Shown piece by piece: positions 62,738 to 64,000 of a stretch of 64,000 nt of DNA. How positions within the stretch are numbered: position 1 is the stretch's first letter; every line of letters starts with the position of its first letter. The notes under the pieces were generated by a model. The model did not search any database. It saw only the letters and a list, made by a program, of their open reading frames with translations, and was not told where the DNA came from. Origin of the DNA: Oscillospiraceae bacterium (GTDB taxonomy: Bacteria > Bacillota > Clostridia > Oscillospirales > CAG-272); assembly GCA_015063895.1 (NCBI GenBank), contig SVTG01000001.1, positions 13,260 to 77,259 of the forward strand, in the 5' to 3' direction. Position numbers and translations under genes: made by a program.

Positions 62738-64000
62738 ATGAAATTGGTAAAAGCTGAAAAAATCGAGAACAGCAAATTTGAGCTTGAGATCTCGGTTGAT
62801 AAGGCGACCTTTGACGAGGCCGTAACCAAGGCCTTCCAGAAGGAAAGCAAAAAGATCACTGTGCCCGGTTTCCGTAAGGGCAAGGCTCCCCGTGCGATCA
62901 TTGAAAAGATGTACGGTCAGGGCGTGTTCTATGAAACCGCTATCAACGATATTATCCCCGATGCTTACGAGGCTGCCGTAGCCGAGGCAGGCATTACGCC
63001 TGTAGCACGTCCTGATTTTGACGTGGTTTCGCTTGACGAAAACGGCCTTGTGCTCTCCGCTAAGGTATTCGTAAAGCCCGACGTTGCCATCAGCGATTAC
63101 CTCGGTATTGCCGCTACCCGTAACGTTGCTCCCGTTACCGACGAGGAAATCGATGCCGAGATCAACACCGTACGTGAGCGCAACTCCCGTGAGGCTGAGG
63201 TGATGGGCCGTGCCGCTGAGCTTGGCGACACTGCTGTCATTGACTACGAGGGCTTTGCCGACGGCGTTGCCTTCGAGGGCGGCAAGGGTGAGCAGTATTC
63301 CCTGAAGCTTGGCTCCGGCAGCTTTATTCCCGGCTTTGAGGAGCAGATCGTTGGCCATAAGGTTGACGACGAGTTTGACGTAAACGTGACCTTCCCCACC
63401 GAGTATCACGCCCCCGAGCTTGCAGGCAAGGAGGCTACCTTCAAGTGCAAGATCCATGCCCTTACGCGCGTAGAGCTCCCCGAGCTTGACGACGATTTTG
63501 CAAAGGACGTTTCTGAATTTGACACCTTTGCCGAATATAAAGCTGATGTTAAGGCTAAAATTGAGAAAAGACATGCCGATACGGCCGACAATGCCGTTAC
63601 CGAGCAGCTCATCAACGCACTCATTGAGAAGATGGAGGCTGATATTCCTGCCCCCATGTTTGAGACCGAGACCGAGAACTGCCTGCGCGATTACGACGGT
63701 CAGCTTCGTATGTCCGGCCTTGATCTCAACACCTATATGAAGTATACCGGCATGACGCTTGAGAAGATGCGCGAGCAGCTTCGTCCCCAGGCTGAGCATC
63801 AGGTCAAGGCACGTCTTGTACTTGAGAAGATCGCCGAGCTTGAGAAGATCGAGGTCAGCGAAGAGGAGATCAACGCTGAATACGATCGCATCGCCGCCGC
63901 ATATAATATGCCTGTTGATCAGGTCAAGGCCAGCCTTCCCGCCGACGCCATCGTTGATGACGTAAAGGTGAAGAAGACGATCGACCTTGTACGTGAGAAG
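62738..64000 (+). CDS. tig: trigger factor (3' end outside window)
   Basis: Not in the ORF track because no stop occurs before the window end. ATG after GGAGGA. MKLVKAEKIENSKFELEISVD... and ...VPGFRKGKAPRAIIEKMYG... are typical of Tig. Confidence 0.9.
   Translation, partial: MKLVKAEKIENSKFELEISVDKATFDEAVTKAFQKESKKITVPGFRKGKAPRAIIEKMYGQGVFYETAINDIIPDAYEAAVAEAGITPVARPDFDVVSLDENGLVLSAKVFVKPDVAISDYLGIAATRNVAPVTDEEIDAEINTVRERNSREAEVMGRAAELGDTAVIDYEGFADGVAFEGGKGEQYSLKLGSGSFIPGFEEQIVGHKVDDEFDVNVTFPTEYHAPELAGKEATFKCKIHALTRVELPELDDDFAKDVSEFDTFAEYKADVKAKIEKRHADTADNAVTEQLINALIEKMEADIPAPMFETETENCLRDYDGQLRMSGLDLNTYMKYTGMTLEKMREQLRPQAEHQVKARLVLEKIAELEKIEVSEEEINAEYDRIAAAYNMPVDQVKASLPADAIVDDVKVKKTIDLVREK

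Noticed and set aside
62651-63799. 382-aa minus-strand ORF
   Set aside because: It is antisense to trigger factor. Trigger factor is absent from the ORF track only because it runs off the window end.

Overview
The window looks like chromosomal DNA from a spore-forming Firmicute, probably Clostridia-like, because it carries dpaA/dpaB (spoVF), cwlD and spoIIID. Most of it is ordinary, tightly packed housekeeping sequence. This includes the polC 3' end, birA, dipicolinate synthase, a large glycoside hydrolase and pncB. A pyrimidine operon follows (pyrC-carB-pyrK-pyrD-pyrF-pyrE-pyrB) with two extra genes appended. Further on come polA, malQ, radA, cwlD, acpP, comEC, an AraC regulator with rhaA-rhaD, purA, a TrmH-type methyltransferase and spoIIID. 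The right end holds an ApgM-type mutase, lepB, rbgA, rnhB, yraN, thrC, a small DUF1540 gene, a metallophosphoesterase and the tig 5' part.

The non-ordinary part is an accessory island of about 16 kb (about 39.8-55.8 kb). It contains an ECF sigma/anti-sigma pair, a small secreted protein, and a roughly 2,130-aa Sec-signal RHS/YD-repeat polymorphic toxin (WapA-like) with a tightly coupled immunity gene. Downstream are a promoter-proximal orphan rhs C-terminal toxin cassette with its own membrane immunity gene and a string of orphan immunity-type cassettes.

Every cassette junction carries the same 77-bp paired-hairpin element: 7 full copies plus fragments. A 1.18-kb internal duplication is bounded exactly by this element. 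I do not recognise it as a described repeat family, and it is my main candidate for something new. The island ends in 1.2 kb of non-coding AT-rich DNA containing phased T-tract tandem repeats, a 13-bp-arm palindrome and 110-bp-period direct repeats.

Elsewhere, two ~180-bp arrays of eight CGATAT boxes (4+4 inverted, separated by mini-palindromes) and a 16-bp inverted repeat pair are unexplained. At least seven apparent -1 frameshifts sit in short mononucleotide runs (2-4 nt): an SGNH hydrolase, comEC (two), rhs (three, mutually compensating) and one lipoprotein copy. This suggests either homopolymer sequencing error or real decay. No rRNA, tRNA, CRISPR array, transposase or integrase was seen.
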